Of a stretch of 64,000 nucleotides of DNA, positions 24,700 through 36,376 are shown in pieces. Source of the stretch: Lophium mytilinum (Eukaryota); NCBI GenBank assembly GCA_010093605.1, contig MU004193.1, positions 1,557,520-1,621,519 on the forward strand, written 5' to 3'. How positions within the stretch are numbered: the stretch's first letter is position 1; each line of letters starts with the position of its first letter. Position numbers and translations under genes: made by a program. A model generated the notes under the pieces. That model did not search any database, was not told the origin of the DNA, and saw nothing but the letters and a program-made list of their open reading frames with translations.

Positions 24700-25083
24700 C
24701 TACCGCCCCGCCCTACCTCTTGCCCCCTCCAGCCTCCCCACCGCCTTCTCCCGCCCTCTCACAAAAACCCCCTTTCGGATGGGGCGCAGCACTTCCACAC
24801 TCCCCCCACTCCCACTACTCCCCGGCCGGACCAGCAGCGCCGGAAACGCGCAGAAGCCCTCGCCCGCGCCCGCCCAGTCGGCGATGCAGCGCGCGCACTG
24901 CCGCTGGCCTAAGGCGTCTTGCCCCGGCGCCGTCAGTGTGAGCGAGAGGGTGGTGGTGGCGCAGCGTGGGCAGCGGAGATGGTGCTGGTGCACGACGGTG
25001 CGCGAGACGATTGCCGGGCTGTGGAGGGGTGGGGCCGTGTAGAGGGGGGGTGGGGGAGGGGGAGGGGGAGGGGGAGGGGCCAT
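24700..25083 (-). CDS. Small hypothetical protein with poly-Pro and two CxxC motifs
   Basis: MAPPPPPPPPPPPPLY...HLRCPRC...QCARC; GC-rich island in a long intergenic region; an upstream in-frame ATG at 25284 is an alternative start. Confidence 0.35.
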   Translation of the reverse strand: MAPPPPPPPPPPPLYTAPPLHSPAIVSRTVVHQHHLRCPRCATTTLSLTLTAPGQDALGQRQCARCIADWAGAGEGFCAFPALLVRPGSSGSGGSVEVLRPIRKGVFVRGREKAVGRLEGARGRAGR

Positions 25084-27578
25084 CTTCGAGCTGCCGCGGG
25101 GGAACAGTTTCTTAGGAGGCTTACGGCGGGGCGTGTGTTGGGCCTCCAACCCGCGGGATGGAGATGCGGGAGTGGGAGATGGAGGTGAGGGTTGTTGTGG
25201 TTTCGAGCGGAGGCGGATTTGGGGGCGGAGCCGGAGGGTTGCGGTGTATAGGATGGAGAGGTGGAGGGAGAGAGCATCGGACATATGAGTGTAATAGGGG
25301 ATGTGAGAACACGGTTGACATAAAGGGGGTCTGAGACTCTGGGTATGGGTATAGTGGTCACGGAAGTATGCTTACTAGTAGGTAGTGAATCAATGAGTGT
25401 TTGTTTATTGGAACTAATTGCTGGGTTTGATGGCTGCGTCTACAGCCGGTGATGAGGTGATGTGTCGCAGGAAGCAGTTCACAGTAGGTGCTGGACATAT
25501 CGCTGCTGCGCTGTGGCTTCTGATGCGAGCGAAATGCTGGCTGGAAGCGGTGCCAGCACATTGCCGCTTTGGGGTCTGCGATGTCGCATCGACTTTGGCA
25601 ATCCTAGCTTTGGAAAGGGGAGCGCGATGGACTTACATTGGCGAGCTGTAATCTCTTATCCTTCATTAAGGAAAAGGGAACAACGACTTCTGTCTAGACT
25701 TCCTCTCGCTAGAAATGACTTATATGCTCAAAAGATCCCTATCAGCGGCCGTTAACTTCCTCTAACCTGGGTCCCACATGACCTCACGGTCTCTGATGTG
25801 GTAAATATCCAAAAGCCGTGCTTTTAGAGGACCCGGTCTCTGGCTATGCTATTCGCACTAGTCATGGTGGGTTGCAGCTTCGCAGACTTTGGCCCTACGA
25901 AAATGCCTCTTGGGGACGTCACCACAGCACCCATTTTCGCGAAGTCGTCGTTTGCTCGGAAAGTGGGGAACTGCGTGAGGGTATAGGGTGAGCCGGAGGT
26001 GGGGTTGGTCATCGCTGGTTGTTGATGCCCTAGAAGTTTGTTTGGATCCAGGATCGCGATGACGGGAGATGAGTTTGAAGTTTTGAAGACGGCTGAATTG
26101 GGTAGTGGAGCTGGTTTTTATATCCGAAACGATGAATTGTGCGTAACAGAATGTATTGGTATGTGCATATTGAACATTGTTGTATTAAGGCCTTCAGGGC
26201 TGAGTGAACGATAGGATATGTCGGCATTGTTTAAGAGAGATTTGTATTCTAACACCATGTGTTGAGCGGTTCAAAGCGCGTTTCTAGTCTTGACATCAAC
26301 AATGCAGCTGCCAGATCAAACTTCGAATGAGTTGCGGAAATGGCTATGATGATGAACGCGCTGAACAATGAAATCTCCTATCTTGTTTTGATGGTAGAGT
26401 TCCAAGTTTTCGAGTTTTTTAGCAGGCTTGAGTAAATTTTTGACCCGGTAATCAAGCGGACAGATTTTACGTTGGTCTTCTTTTGCAGTCCTTTAACTGG
26501 CCGTGGGTCTTATAACTTCTAAGAGTCGAAATCGCTCGTGTTCTACAATTGTAGCTGTGGCCTAGCTAATAGTTAAGACGGGTTACTGATGGCTCAGCTA
26601 CTCTAGAGATAGCGCGTCAAGGGCTCCTAAACGCAACGATATCCCTTTTCTTAGTAAGAATGTATCACGGGTGGTGCATAGCAGGTTTTTAGGAGAGAAA
26701 TGGACATGACTTTTAACAACCCGAGGTGCGGCGCGGGACGTCAATGTGGAGATTTAGCGCGGTATATTTAGCCAGCGGTCGGTAAATTAGACGTTTGTGG
26801 AGCTCCAGCCACGCCGTTGTGGCCGCACTTAGCACGCGCTGGGGGAACTGTGCAAGCAGTGAGCAGAGTGCAGCATAAAACTTGGAAGCGGCACGAGAGA
26901 TGAGCAGCGAAACGGCCCGGAGCGGCCTGGCTGTGGCGAGTGCCATGCTGGCCGGCTATCAGACCTCCCCGGCCGTTGGCCATGGAGCCATGGAGCCCGC
27001 CTCCTTTCTGACTGTGAGCTGTCCTTCGATGCTGGGGAATGCTGGACAGTTACTGCGACCATCAGCTGTTTCCTACAACGTTTGGCCGCGAACAGCGGGT
27101 AGGAGGGCCGTCTTTAGGCGGTCGCAGGCGGCGTTGAAACAGGGCGCGCCGGTGTTGATAGCTGTAGAGCTGACGCGTGCGGCCTGGGGGGCATCGCTGT
27201 GGCAATTTCCTGGCAGGGGTGCATCCAGCAGCCATGGTGGTGAAGCGAAACTCATCGATCGCGATTGGCATTGCGAACAAGCTTCACGGCTTCCAGCGAC
27301 GCCCAAAGCAACCCACATCTCCGCATCTCGTCCAAGCCCAGACGGTGCTGCTTCTCCGTCCCATGATCTGTGTCTCTTCTATCCACTCCTTCATCACTCC
27401 TTCACCACTCCTTTTATTGCCTACTACCGTACCGCCTCACGCCCACCCGTTCTCGACCACGCGCCGGATCGAGGAATGACTAGCATGCGCCACACCTTGC
27501 CCACCACCACGCCCACCTGAACGTCGCAGCCCCGTCGGCCAGCTTCGCCTGCAACGAGGGGTCCGCGGTGCCAGAGGG

Positions 27579-29996
27579 ATGGGCGACCTGAAGACACGCC
27601 TCACCACGCTGCTGAGAAGGGGCTCCTCCAACTCCAGCAAGACGTTGGCCTCGCTGAAATCGACCGCGTCTAGCGGCGAACCACCGGCGCTACATCCGCC
27701 AAACCGCCCTTCCTCGCTGAAGCTGCCAGACGTCTCCACCAACACTGCCGATCACGACGACGACCTCCATAACCTCGATCACTCTGGCTCGCTGTCAGCT
27801 AGGAGCCAGTCATCACCAGCTTCAAACCTTAGCCGCGGAACCGAGAGCCTCAAGTCAAAGGATCGCCCGACGCTCGCAGATTCCATCGCCGAAGAACCAC
27901 CTGCAGAAGACGCGCAGCCCCCAGTAGCACCGGGCCTGCCGGCTGTGACCCTCGAGGAACCTACGCCAATACCCATTCCCGCCAAATCCGCGAGCTTGAA
28001 AACACCTCAATCCCAACTCGAAGACACAAATTTTCACGGCTCCGACGTCGCGACTCCCCTCCGCAGTCGCGCCCCCAAAGGCACAAAACCGAATCAACTA
28101 GAAGCGCCTGCCATCGTCCGCCGACAATCACTAGTCACAACCTCAAATGCTCGCATAATTAAGACTCTCCTTGATTCCGACCACCAGCCCGAATCTGCTA
28201 GCATTGCCCTTGGACCCGCTTCCCAGGACTACTTCGCCGCTGGAAACTCTACATTCACCGCAGGCATGCTTCACCGGAAGATCTGGGTCAAACGGGCCCA
28301 CGCGTCGGCTACACTCGTGCAAGTCCGGGAGGATGATTTGGTTGACGATGTGCGGGAGATGATACTGAAGAAGTATGCAAATTCGCTGGGGAGGAATTTT
28401 GACGCCCCCGACGTTACTCTGCGTATATTCCCGCGAGATGGAAACCAGAAGGCGGGAGATCGCGTGCTGGGGCCTGACGAGGAGATGTGCCGCACCATCG
28501 ATGCCTACTATCCGGGTGGCCAGACTGTCAACGAGGCTCTTATCATAGACGTCCCTCACAAACGGACACCTCGCCCGTCCCCACGAGCGATACAACAAGG
28601 CGTTCCCTACTACTATGACCAGTCCAACCCTATTGAGAATGCTGCAGAATACTTCCCGCCGATGCCTGTAGTTAACCCTTCGCCAGCCGCGATGACGAGC
28701 GCCTCTCACGACAGTCGAGCTTCAATGTCACATGTGCCGCAGCAACACTCCATCGCCGTTCTCAACACTGGTCAGCTGCCCCCACTGCCATCGCCAGGAG
28801 GCACCCGTCGTGGCCATCACTCGCTACGACCAAAGTACCCTCGACAAAATACCGCCTCTCCAACAACAATGGGAAACTCAACAGCCTCTCTAAACTCATC
28901 CACACGCACCAACAACAGCCGTCCTCGTCATGACTCCACCGCTTCAGAAGCTAAACACCCTGCACACGCTATTGTTCCCATACCAACTCCTCCAGCTGCC
29001 GAGGGGGCTCCTTTGATAAAGCAAGAGTCGTCGCCCCCAACACCTCGCGTTTCCTCGCCTCGACCTAAGAACCGCAAGAAGAAAGGAACCGGGCTCGACA
29101 CCCCCTCACTACCTTCAGGTCTACTCGATGGCTCCGTGCCTCCTATAAACGTTCTGATCGTGGAAGATAACATAATCAATTTGCGAGTTCTTGGGGCCTT
29201 TATGGAGCGACTGAAGGTCCGGTGGCAGCGTGCCATGAACGGGCGGGAAGCCGTAACGAAATGGAGATCTGGAGGCTTTCATCTTGTTCTGATGGATATT
29301 CAATTACCCATCATGAACGGGCTGGAAGCAACGAAAGAAATTAGGAGATTGGAGCGGGTAAACAGCATTGGTGTTTTCAGCAGTGGAAATCACGTGGCTC
29401 CGAAGCTTGCAGAAGAGAAGGAGATTCCTGCAGAAGACAAGCTAGCCGATGGGCTGCTGTTCAAGAGTCCGGTCATCATCGTGGCGCTCACGGCAAGTTC
29501 GTTGCAGAGTGACAGACATGAAGCTTTGGCGGCTGGGTGTAATGACTTCTTGACAAAGGTATGTCCGACCAGACGCCTAATGAGTGGACCGCGCTAACTA
29601 GGTTCACAGCCCGTCAACTTCGTCTGGCTCGAACGCAAAGTTAAAGAATGGGGCTGCATGCAAGCTCTGATCGACTTCGACGGCTGGCGTAAATGGAAAG
29701 ACTTCGCTGCGCAATCCGACAACTCGAAGAGCACCTCGAAACTCACCTCCAGCTTCTCCATCAACACGTCCAAAAAGGCTAAAGCTGGCTCGAACCTCAG
29801 CCCGAACTCTGCCACGAACCCAGCAAACGGCGTCAACGGCACTTCTGGCACCGCAGCAGCGGCTGCCGCGAGTAAAGCGAAGAAGAAGGAGGAAGACAAG
29901 AAGAAGAGAGACAGCATCGGCATGGGCGGGCCGGTCGTCGAGGAGAAGGAATCCGAATCCCCGAGTCCCCTCGATAACTCGGGGGTTCTGACATAA
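27579..29996 (+). CDS. SSK1: Ssk1 response regulator of the HOG pathway
   Basis: RKIWVKR...VDDVREMILKKYANSLGR domain; receiver VPPINVLIVEDN, LVLMDIQLP, DFLTK-PV (intron 29559-29609), then WLERKVKEWGCMQALIDFDGWRKWK, characteristic of fungal Ssk1. Confidence 0.95.
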
Positions 29997-30641
29997 CGAC
30001 ATCACTCTATTTCCTTGCGTCTCGCACTTAATCACAAATGATCCTAAGATCCACCGATTCGACCTCACCCGAACCGAAGCTTCTATGACACGATTCACAT
30101 TGGTCGCAGATTGATCACCCCGTTACTGATGCAACTGAGCTTTAAAAGGCTTCGTTGCCCCGTTCGTCACATCCATATACCACATCTCCTTTGTCAGCCA
30201 GTCCTCATGGAGGTTCTTGCAAGCGTTTTGAATCAGCATGGAGCCTTTGTTATTCGCGAGAAACTCTCGTTTGCTATTGTCGCACCGCCAGAGCTTGGTG
30301 CGGGTTCGCTGGGTTACTGGTGCTGGGTTGCATTTTCCATTTCGATCGTTGGCACCCAAGGGCATTGGGAAGCGTGCCGGCTTTACTACGTACACATTTT
30401 GATGAGCTAAGAACCGAAGGAACAGAAGAGGAGAGGAGGGGAGAAGGAAGGGATATGGGGAGAATGATGACTAATTATTTAATCGTTAATTTAGTGCTAG
30501 ACAGATCAGTGGGAGTAGAATCGAAACCAATCGTCTTTTCGCTGATAACTGCTTTCACTGTGGGTGTTATGGGTGACTATGTTTGAGTGCTTTATTGGGT
30601 CGACTATGTCACGCATATTTCACACATCGCTCCCGTAAGTC

Positions 30642-30740
30642 TTACTCCTATTACTTTTATTACATCCAGTACTCCTAATACATGCATTACGTCCATTACT
30701 CCCATTACGTGCATTACGTGCATTACTCCCATTACTCCCC
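30642..30740. repeat. Imperfect 9-bp minisatellite (NNNCATTAC), about 10-11 units
   Basis: atgcattac gtccattac tcccattac gtgcattac gtgcattac tcccattac plus degenerate flanking units. Confidence 0.8.
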
Positions 30741-31301
30741 TATCCCCTCTCCTCTACCTCCCCAGCCTTCACCCTCCGTGAGTGGGCGCCCGATTCCTCG
30801 TGTACCTCACGTCGGCGTAGCAGTCCGGACCGAGGCCGCGCAACACATCATCAAAACCGTATACGAGGGGAGGAAGATGCCGAGTCGAAACTCGCAGAAC
30901 CCGGAGCTGGGGGACGGGAATCCGTATCATATGTTAGTAGTAGTTGAATCACCGAGAGCCAGAGGCCGCGATAGATACGCACGAGATGGGTACGCAGTAT
31001 ACCAGGCGTGGGTTTGCGAGGGGTCGGTTGCGGCGAGTGAGCGCGTATGGGGGGGTTTGTTGTAAGGGAGGTTGTGAGGGAGCGCGGATGGTGTAGTTGA
31101 GGGTATGGGGAGAGGTAGGAAGGAGGATAAGGAGGGTTTGTGTGAGTTCTTGTAGAGATGGATAGTAAGTGTTCGGGAGAGGAGAGTATCGAAGGTAACA
31201 TGGGGCTTGTAAGTTTTCGGGCGAGGTTGTGGACGAGCGAACGCGAGGAGGAGTGTGATGTATATATTGTGTAAAGTGGCAGTTTCGGACTACCTGCTTT
31301 G

Positions 31302-31480
31302 CAGGAGATGACATCTCTAGTCCTCACAAGCGCAAGGGAGGGTTTTGTAATGTATAGTGTGTATGTTCTGCCTGCTTATTCAGGAGAGATCTTCAGTCCT
31401 CACGAGCGCAAGGAAGGGGATTGTGTAATGTATAGTGTGCATACCCTGGTCTAGCTATTACCCAGGAGATCTCCAGTCCT
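31302..31480. repeat. Tandem repeat of about 80 bp, about 2.2 copies
   Basis: Units start caggaga at 31302, 31381 and 31463; shared agtcctcac(a/g)agcgcaagg and gtaatgtatagtgtg. Confidence 0.8.
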
Positions 31481-31683
31481 TTACTTGGGCCGAGAACGAA
31501 AATGTAGAGATCTCAAATCCTCTACCTGAGCTGGCAGCGATGATGTGGAGTCCTCTTGGTATACCCATCGCCATGAAGACAAAATTCAAAGAACTCCAAC
31601 CCTTCTCAAAACTCCCAAGGAGTGAACATCGCAAAGCTCGTGGTAGCTGCATTGTAAACCCGTAAGCCGCAAACTAAAACCAA

Positions 31684-34600
31684 CTAGTCGGCTTGAGGCA
31701 GTAGACTCCCATCATAAACCCCATCATCCGGCAGCACAGCATACGCAGGTCGATCCGCTGGCTTCAGACTTTCCGGGTCAATATACCTACACGTAAGCGC
31801 AAAACGTAGCTTCCCCATCGGCTCGACGCGGTGCTCGTAGTACTCTTGGATGCCGGTGCCATGCATGATGACAATGTCGCCGTGGCCGAGCTTCATTTCG
31901 AGCGCGTCGCGCGCGTGGCCCGTGGACGTCAGGCCCAGCTCCTTTGGTAGCTTCTTCAGCCTAGCCTTGTAGGCGGCGGGATCTGTGATCTTGAGGGCCG
32001 TAAGGGTGTCGTGGATGGCTTTGCGAGCCTCATATTTCTGGCAACCGGGGAGGGGTGTGGTCGCGAAGTAACTACTGTCCTCTGTCTTTTTTGTCTTTGT
32101 GATGCCGTGGTAGGGGTTCGCCTTCATGCGGATCTTCATCTTTGCGGTGCAGCCTAGAGATAGCGTCGCGATGGTGGGACCGAGGCCGAACTCGCCGTCG
32201 TCGTGGTAGTTTATGGTTTGTTCTTCGAAGTACCCGAGGGCGAGGACTTCGTTAAATTCATTCGGCATGTCTGGGGCGACGAGGCGACCGGCCCAGTTGA
32301 GGCGAGAACGAGTGGTCTTGATGGCGCGGGTGGCCGTTTCAAATGGGTGGCTTTGGGGCCCAGCGACGAACTTGTAGGGCATACCGTAATTGACGACGAA
32401 GTGGTTAGTGAGCGACGGGCCCTTGAGCTGGCCTTTCGGCAAAGGGCTACGGCGCAACTTGATGTCGTTGAGCTGGAGGTCTTCGAACATATCATTGGGA
32501 CCATTGGGCTCCTCGTTGATGGTCTTGTTGGCGATGAGGTGTGCGATAAAGCCGTCGATGCCGGGGATATCGAAGTAATTAATCCGGTAGTTGTGCGCAA
32601 ACTCTACGCGAAGCTTGACGGGAGAGCCCTTACCGATGAGATCCCTGGAGAAGGCATATCCGGTTCCTAGCGGGAAGTATGGATCGCGCAGAGAGGTAGC
32701 AGGGACGAGTGTGTGCTCCAGCCCGTACGAGAAGCCGCAACCATTAGCAGCGCATTCCCATCCCTCCCAAGCCTCTCGGGAATTACAACGTCCGCACTTG
32801 GGGCAGGCGAAGCCTTTCCAGGCCTCGAGAGATAGGTTCTGCCCTTGAATTGGGAGTGCGCTGACGGTCAACAGCTCGGGGCGGATTGGGGATGGTTCGC
32901 TGCAGTGAGGCCACGGAGTATGAGCTGTGAGAAACCGCGGATCGTACAGCAAGCCATCCTCTCTTGGTTCCGATCCATCTGCGAGTTTCCAAAACTTCAA
33001 GCAAGTTGGGTGCAGACACATCCAGCCATTGATGTAGACTTGCAGGCTCTCATGACTGCAAGCATTGCATGGTTTCGCTACTGGTGGCTCAAGATCGCCG
33101 AGACCAATCGGCTCCGGCCAATTTGAAGGCACCCACCAACAGTTCTTATAAGGTCTCAGTTTCTCAAACCGGTACCGGATCATCTTATAACCTTGCGTTT
33201 TCTCCCACCAGACATGTGTGGGCTTGAACCAATCCATCACACAGTAAGCATGGGGAGGCTGGGAAGGGCAGGTCGGGTTGTTCTCTCCCACAATGATAAC
33301 CACGGGGTTGCGCTGTGCAATGTTGTTTAGGACATCTAGCACTTGAGAGGTCTCTTTCTGGTCGCTTTTCACGACCATTTGGCCAGATGTTTCGTCTTTG
33401 GACTTTCCACCCCCAGCACGGGAGATGACGACATTCTTACCCATGTAGTCCCGGGGGTGGCTGTTCGAGTCAAACATGAATGCACGCGCAAGCCCATCGG
33501 TGCAATAGCCGCCACCCTGGTACGCCCTGTAGTATGGCAACGTCTCGCAGAGAGCTTGCCTGCCGTCGGCCCAAACCTGAGGAGGATTCGAGGGAGCAGA
33601 CTTCGGTCCGGATCCAGACGGGCGAGTATTCGAGATCTGTTTTGCAATATCCCAAAGATATAATTCTTTTTCAGTGGCCACAAAGTCTTCAGAATGCACC
33701 AACGACTGGGGGCTAGATCCATCTGTAAGTTCCGAGCTATCGACTTGTGTTTCAACAGCGTTTGGGGTCTGGTCTGTAGTCGGACCCCAAGGCGGAGGGA
33801 GATTGAAGTCAGGAATTACAAAACGTGATCGAGAAGCCTCGTCGCTGACTGTTGGGTGTTGAGTTGCAGCAGGTGTGATGGGAGAGACGGGAGGCCTCAT
33901 AGGCGCTTCCTTGAGAGAGGCCCTACGGTTGCCTACGCCCAACACCTGAGAATCCTGGAGAGGTGGAGTGGTGGGTCTCTCTGCGAAGTTGGCCTCGGCT
34001 GTGTAGGCCACTGGCGCTCCACTGGGAGACGAAGCATGGTTATCCTCTACTGGATAGCGAGCGTAAAGGTTCGTGATCGCTGAGGATGCTGCGATGGCAC
34101 TTACTCTTCCCGAATGTCTTGTCCCTGAGATTGGAGTTGGCAGTTGCTTGGCAGATTTTGGAGTCCTCGGTGCCTTGGGTGGCTTCGGAGTCCGAGGTGG
34201 TTTGGTAGACCTCGGAGTGGAAGATGCCTTGACTGATATGGGATTCTGGGGCGCCTTGACTACTTTACGAGGCTGCTGCACTTTCGTTGGTTTTGGCGTC
34301 TGCGGTAACCTGGTTTGCTTCTGAGCCTGCCGTGCCGTAACACGTATCGATGCTAGAGGCTTGCGCGTTTTGGCAACAAGAGATCTGACCCTCTGTTCCT
34401 CAATAGCTTCAGGCCAGTCGCTAAGATCGCTAGCCACCGAACTTAGGGGGGAACTCGGAACATCTAGGAGGTTTCCATAGATATCTGTACCGCTTGAGGA
34501 GGGAGTCGCCGGGTTGTTGGATTCACCTTTGTGGCGCTTGGATTCCGGGGCATCTAGGTACTGGTCGCCGCGCTGAGACTCCGGTGAAGGGAGAAATGTT

Positions 34601-34686
34601 GCAGAGACGATCAACGTCTCTGGAGACACTTCCGCGGTGACGGGCTCGTCACTGTATGGCCGCTTCCCCACCCCGAGGTGCGACAT
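31684..34686 (-). CDS. AlkB-like 2OG-Fe(II) dioxygenase with SRA-like and Cys-rich domains, about 1000 aa
   Basis: Likely start MSHLGVGKRP (ATG at 34686); HxD (YHDDGE), IATLSLG, HGDIVIMHG, distal His (EHRV), RFALTCR (RxxxxxR); Cys clusters CNAC/CLHPTC/CPKCGRC/CAANGC. Confidence 0.85.
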   Translation of the reverse strand: MSHLGVGKRPYSDEPVTAEVSPETLIVSATFLPSPESQRGDQYLDAPESKRHKGESNNPATPSSSGTDIYGNLLDVPSSPLSSVASDLSDWPEAIEEQRVRSLVAKTRKPLASIRVTARQAQKQTRLPQTPKPTKVQQPRKVVKAPQNPISVKASSTPRSTKPPRTPKPPKAPRTPKSAKQLPTPISGTRHSGRVSAIAASSAITNLYARYPVEDNHASSPSGAPVAYTAEANFAERPTTPPLQDSQVLGVGNRRASLKEAPMRPPVSPITPAATQHPTVSDEASRSRFVIPDFNLPPPWGPTTDQTPNAVETQVDSSELTDGSSPQSLVHSEDFVATEKELYLWDIAKQISNTRPSGSGPKSAPSNPPQVWADGRQALCETLPYYRAYQGGGYCTDGLARAFMFDSNSHPRDYMGKNVVISRAGGGKSKDETSGQMVVKSDQKETSQVLDVLNNIAQRNPVVIIVGENNPTCPSQPPHAYCVMDWFKPTHVWWEKTQGYKMIRYRFEKLRPYKNCWWVPSNWPEPIGLGDLEPPVAKPCNACSHESLQVYINGWMCLHPTCLKFWKLADGSEPREDGLLYDPRFLTAHTPWPHCSEPSPIRPELLTVSALPIQGQNLSLEAWKGFACPKCGRCNSREAWEGWECAANGCGFSYGLEHTLVPATSLRDPYFPLGTGYAFSRDLIGKGSPVKLRVEFAHNYRINYFDIPGIDGFIAHLIANKTINEEPNGPNDMFEDLQLNDIKLRRSPLPKGQLKGPSLTNHFVVNYGMPYKFVAGPQSHPFETATRAIKTTRSRLNWAGRLVAPDMPNEFNEVLALGYFEEQTINYHDDGEFGLGPTIATLSLGCTAKMKIRMKANPYHGITKTKKTEDSSYFATTPLPGCQKYEARKAIHDTLTALKITDPAAYKARLKKLPKELGLTSTGHARDALEMKLGHGDIVIMHGTGIQEYYEHRVEPMGKLRFALTCRYIDPESLKPADRPAYAVLPDDGVYDGSLLPQAD

Positions 34687-36376
34687 GATCAAGCCCGGAT
34701 AGAGGCACCGAAAGCCTTGACGTAATCTAGGAGAAATGTGGCAGGAAAATGATCCGAACTGAAGGATGGGGACGAATCGCAAGATTATAGTGTTGGTTGA
34801 GGAGTATAAGCGTCGGGAAAAGAACTGAAGAAGGAATGTTGTAATCGTGAATGAACTGGTGAAGGTCGTAGATGACGTCGTAAGAGGAAGATACAGTCTA
34901 TTGTCAGGCGCTGGTAGGCTTGCGTTGACGGCGAGTGAGTTGTCAAGCGGTCGGCTGATCAACTCTAAGCGACACGTAACTGATGAAGGTTATGCGTGGG
35001 TCGTGAAGGTGTAATGTGGATTGGTCGTGTGGAGAGACGCAATTAATAGATATCGCCGGGAAGATCAATGAACCACTTGGGAAGGGCGACAAGACATAGC
35101 CTTCAAATGCGATTGAAGCGCAGCCATCTAGAGAGGGTTGAAGCGACATCGAGGAAGTGAGATCCATGGTGAGGTCGTGGTGGAGACGGCGGGTCGGGCC
35201 GAGAGGGACCGAAGTCACGTTACTTTCCAAATCCATCCCACCTTCTGTAAAGAAAACGTCGTACAGTGAGGTAAGACAAACCCCAAGGAAGTTATGGCGG
35301 TATAGTAGGAAGAGTGATGAAAGAAGGAGTTCTTCGAAACTGCTACATTAGCAAGTATATAACGTATCCAGCTCTAGCAAGCAGTCATGCAAAATGTCGG
35401 ACATAGGTCCGAAGACCCTCGCAAAGAGTACATTGCTGCGAATGAAAACGAAGAAATGTTGTAGACGAGACGGAATCTGACACTCTCGTAGTACAAACTT
35501 TCATTCCGTATTTCTTGGTTGGTTTTTGAAGCGACCTCATGCTTTCAGTTAGAATAAGTCATTACCTTGAGATTACACTTGTGACGGAGTATGCCCCGAA
35601 TCAGTTGACGAGTTTCCCTCATGTTATCAAAAATCAACTGAATAATACCTAAAGGAAAGACTGACATGGAGCCCAAATTTCAAACAATGTCTAGTCACCA
35701 TAAGTACGAGACCATCCTTAGAAGGCTTGCTCTCGGTTCATTCATGTTCACCTATATTCCTTTCCTACCTTTTTATCAAATCGTCGGGTATGCCTCCTTG
35801 TCAATACGTTGAACAAGAGAGGAAGGCGATACTTACAGTCAAATGCTGGTTTCTACCCCTCCGAAAATGGACGTTTGTAACGCCGTTTATAAGGGCCTTT
35901 TCCCTCGTGCTAAGAGCAAGGCCTTAGCCTCGCGTACTTAAGCGCTGGAAGCTCTGTCTGGCAGCAAGATTAAACCCAGTCTTAGGAGATTAGGACATAC
36001 TGCATGCGCCTCGCATGCTGGATTCGCATGATGCTAGTGAAAAGGTGGTGTCAAATATTGACTATCTTTCTATCACAGTGGATAAGAGTGCTCGGAACCC
36101 CAGGTTCAACTCTACCATAGCCTCGAACGTGCAGGACAAAGCGTCGGGCGTCAGGGGAAGGTCAAGATGCAACGGCCGTCTAGGCTACTTCCACAGGGCG
36201 ACTCACAGTTTTTTCGTTCCGTAAGATTCCCGCGATTGAAAGCCAACTTAGTATCGCCTAGGCGGCTTTTTGGTATATCCGGACGCTAGCATACACCCCA
36301 ATACCATTCACTTCCTTTTAGATCCTCCTCACATTTTCTACCGACCGTCTTCGATTTCGGCAATCTTCTGCCTTGA

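Noticed and set aside
34687..34962. N-terminal extension of the dioxygenase in the ORF track (1092 aa)
   Set aside because: Non-ATG start and UTR-like composition; first ATG is at 34686
36060..36275. Possible Pol III RNA gene (ggttcaactc B-box-like sequence, downstream T-run)
   Set aside because: No tRNA cloverleaf or recognisable SRP/U6/RNase P motif could be built by eye; an Infernal/Rfam scan would be needed
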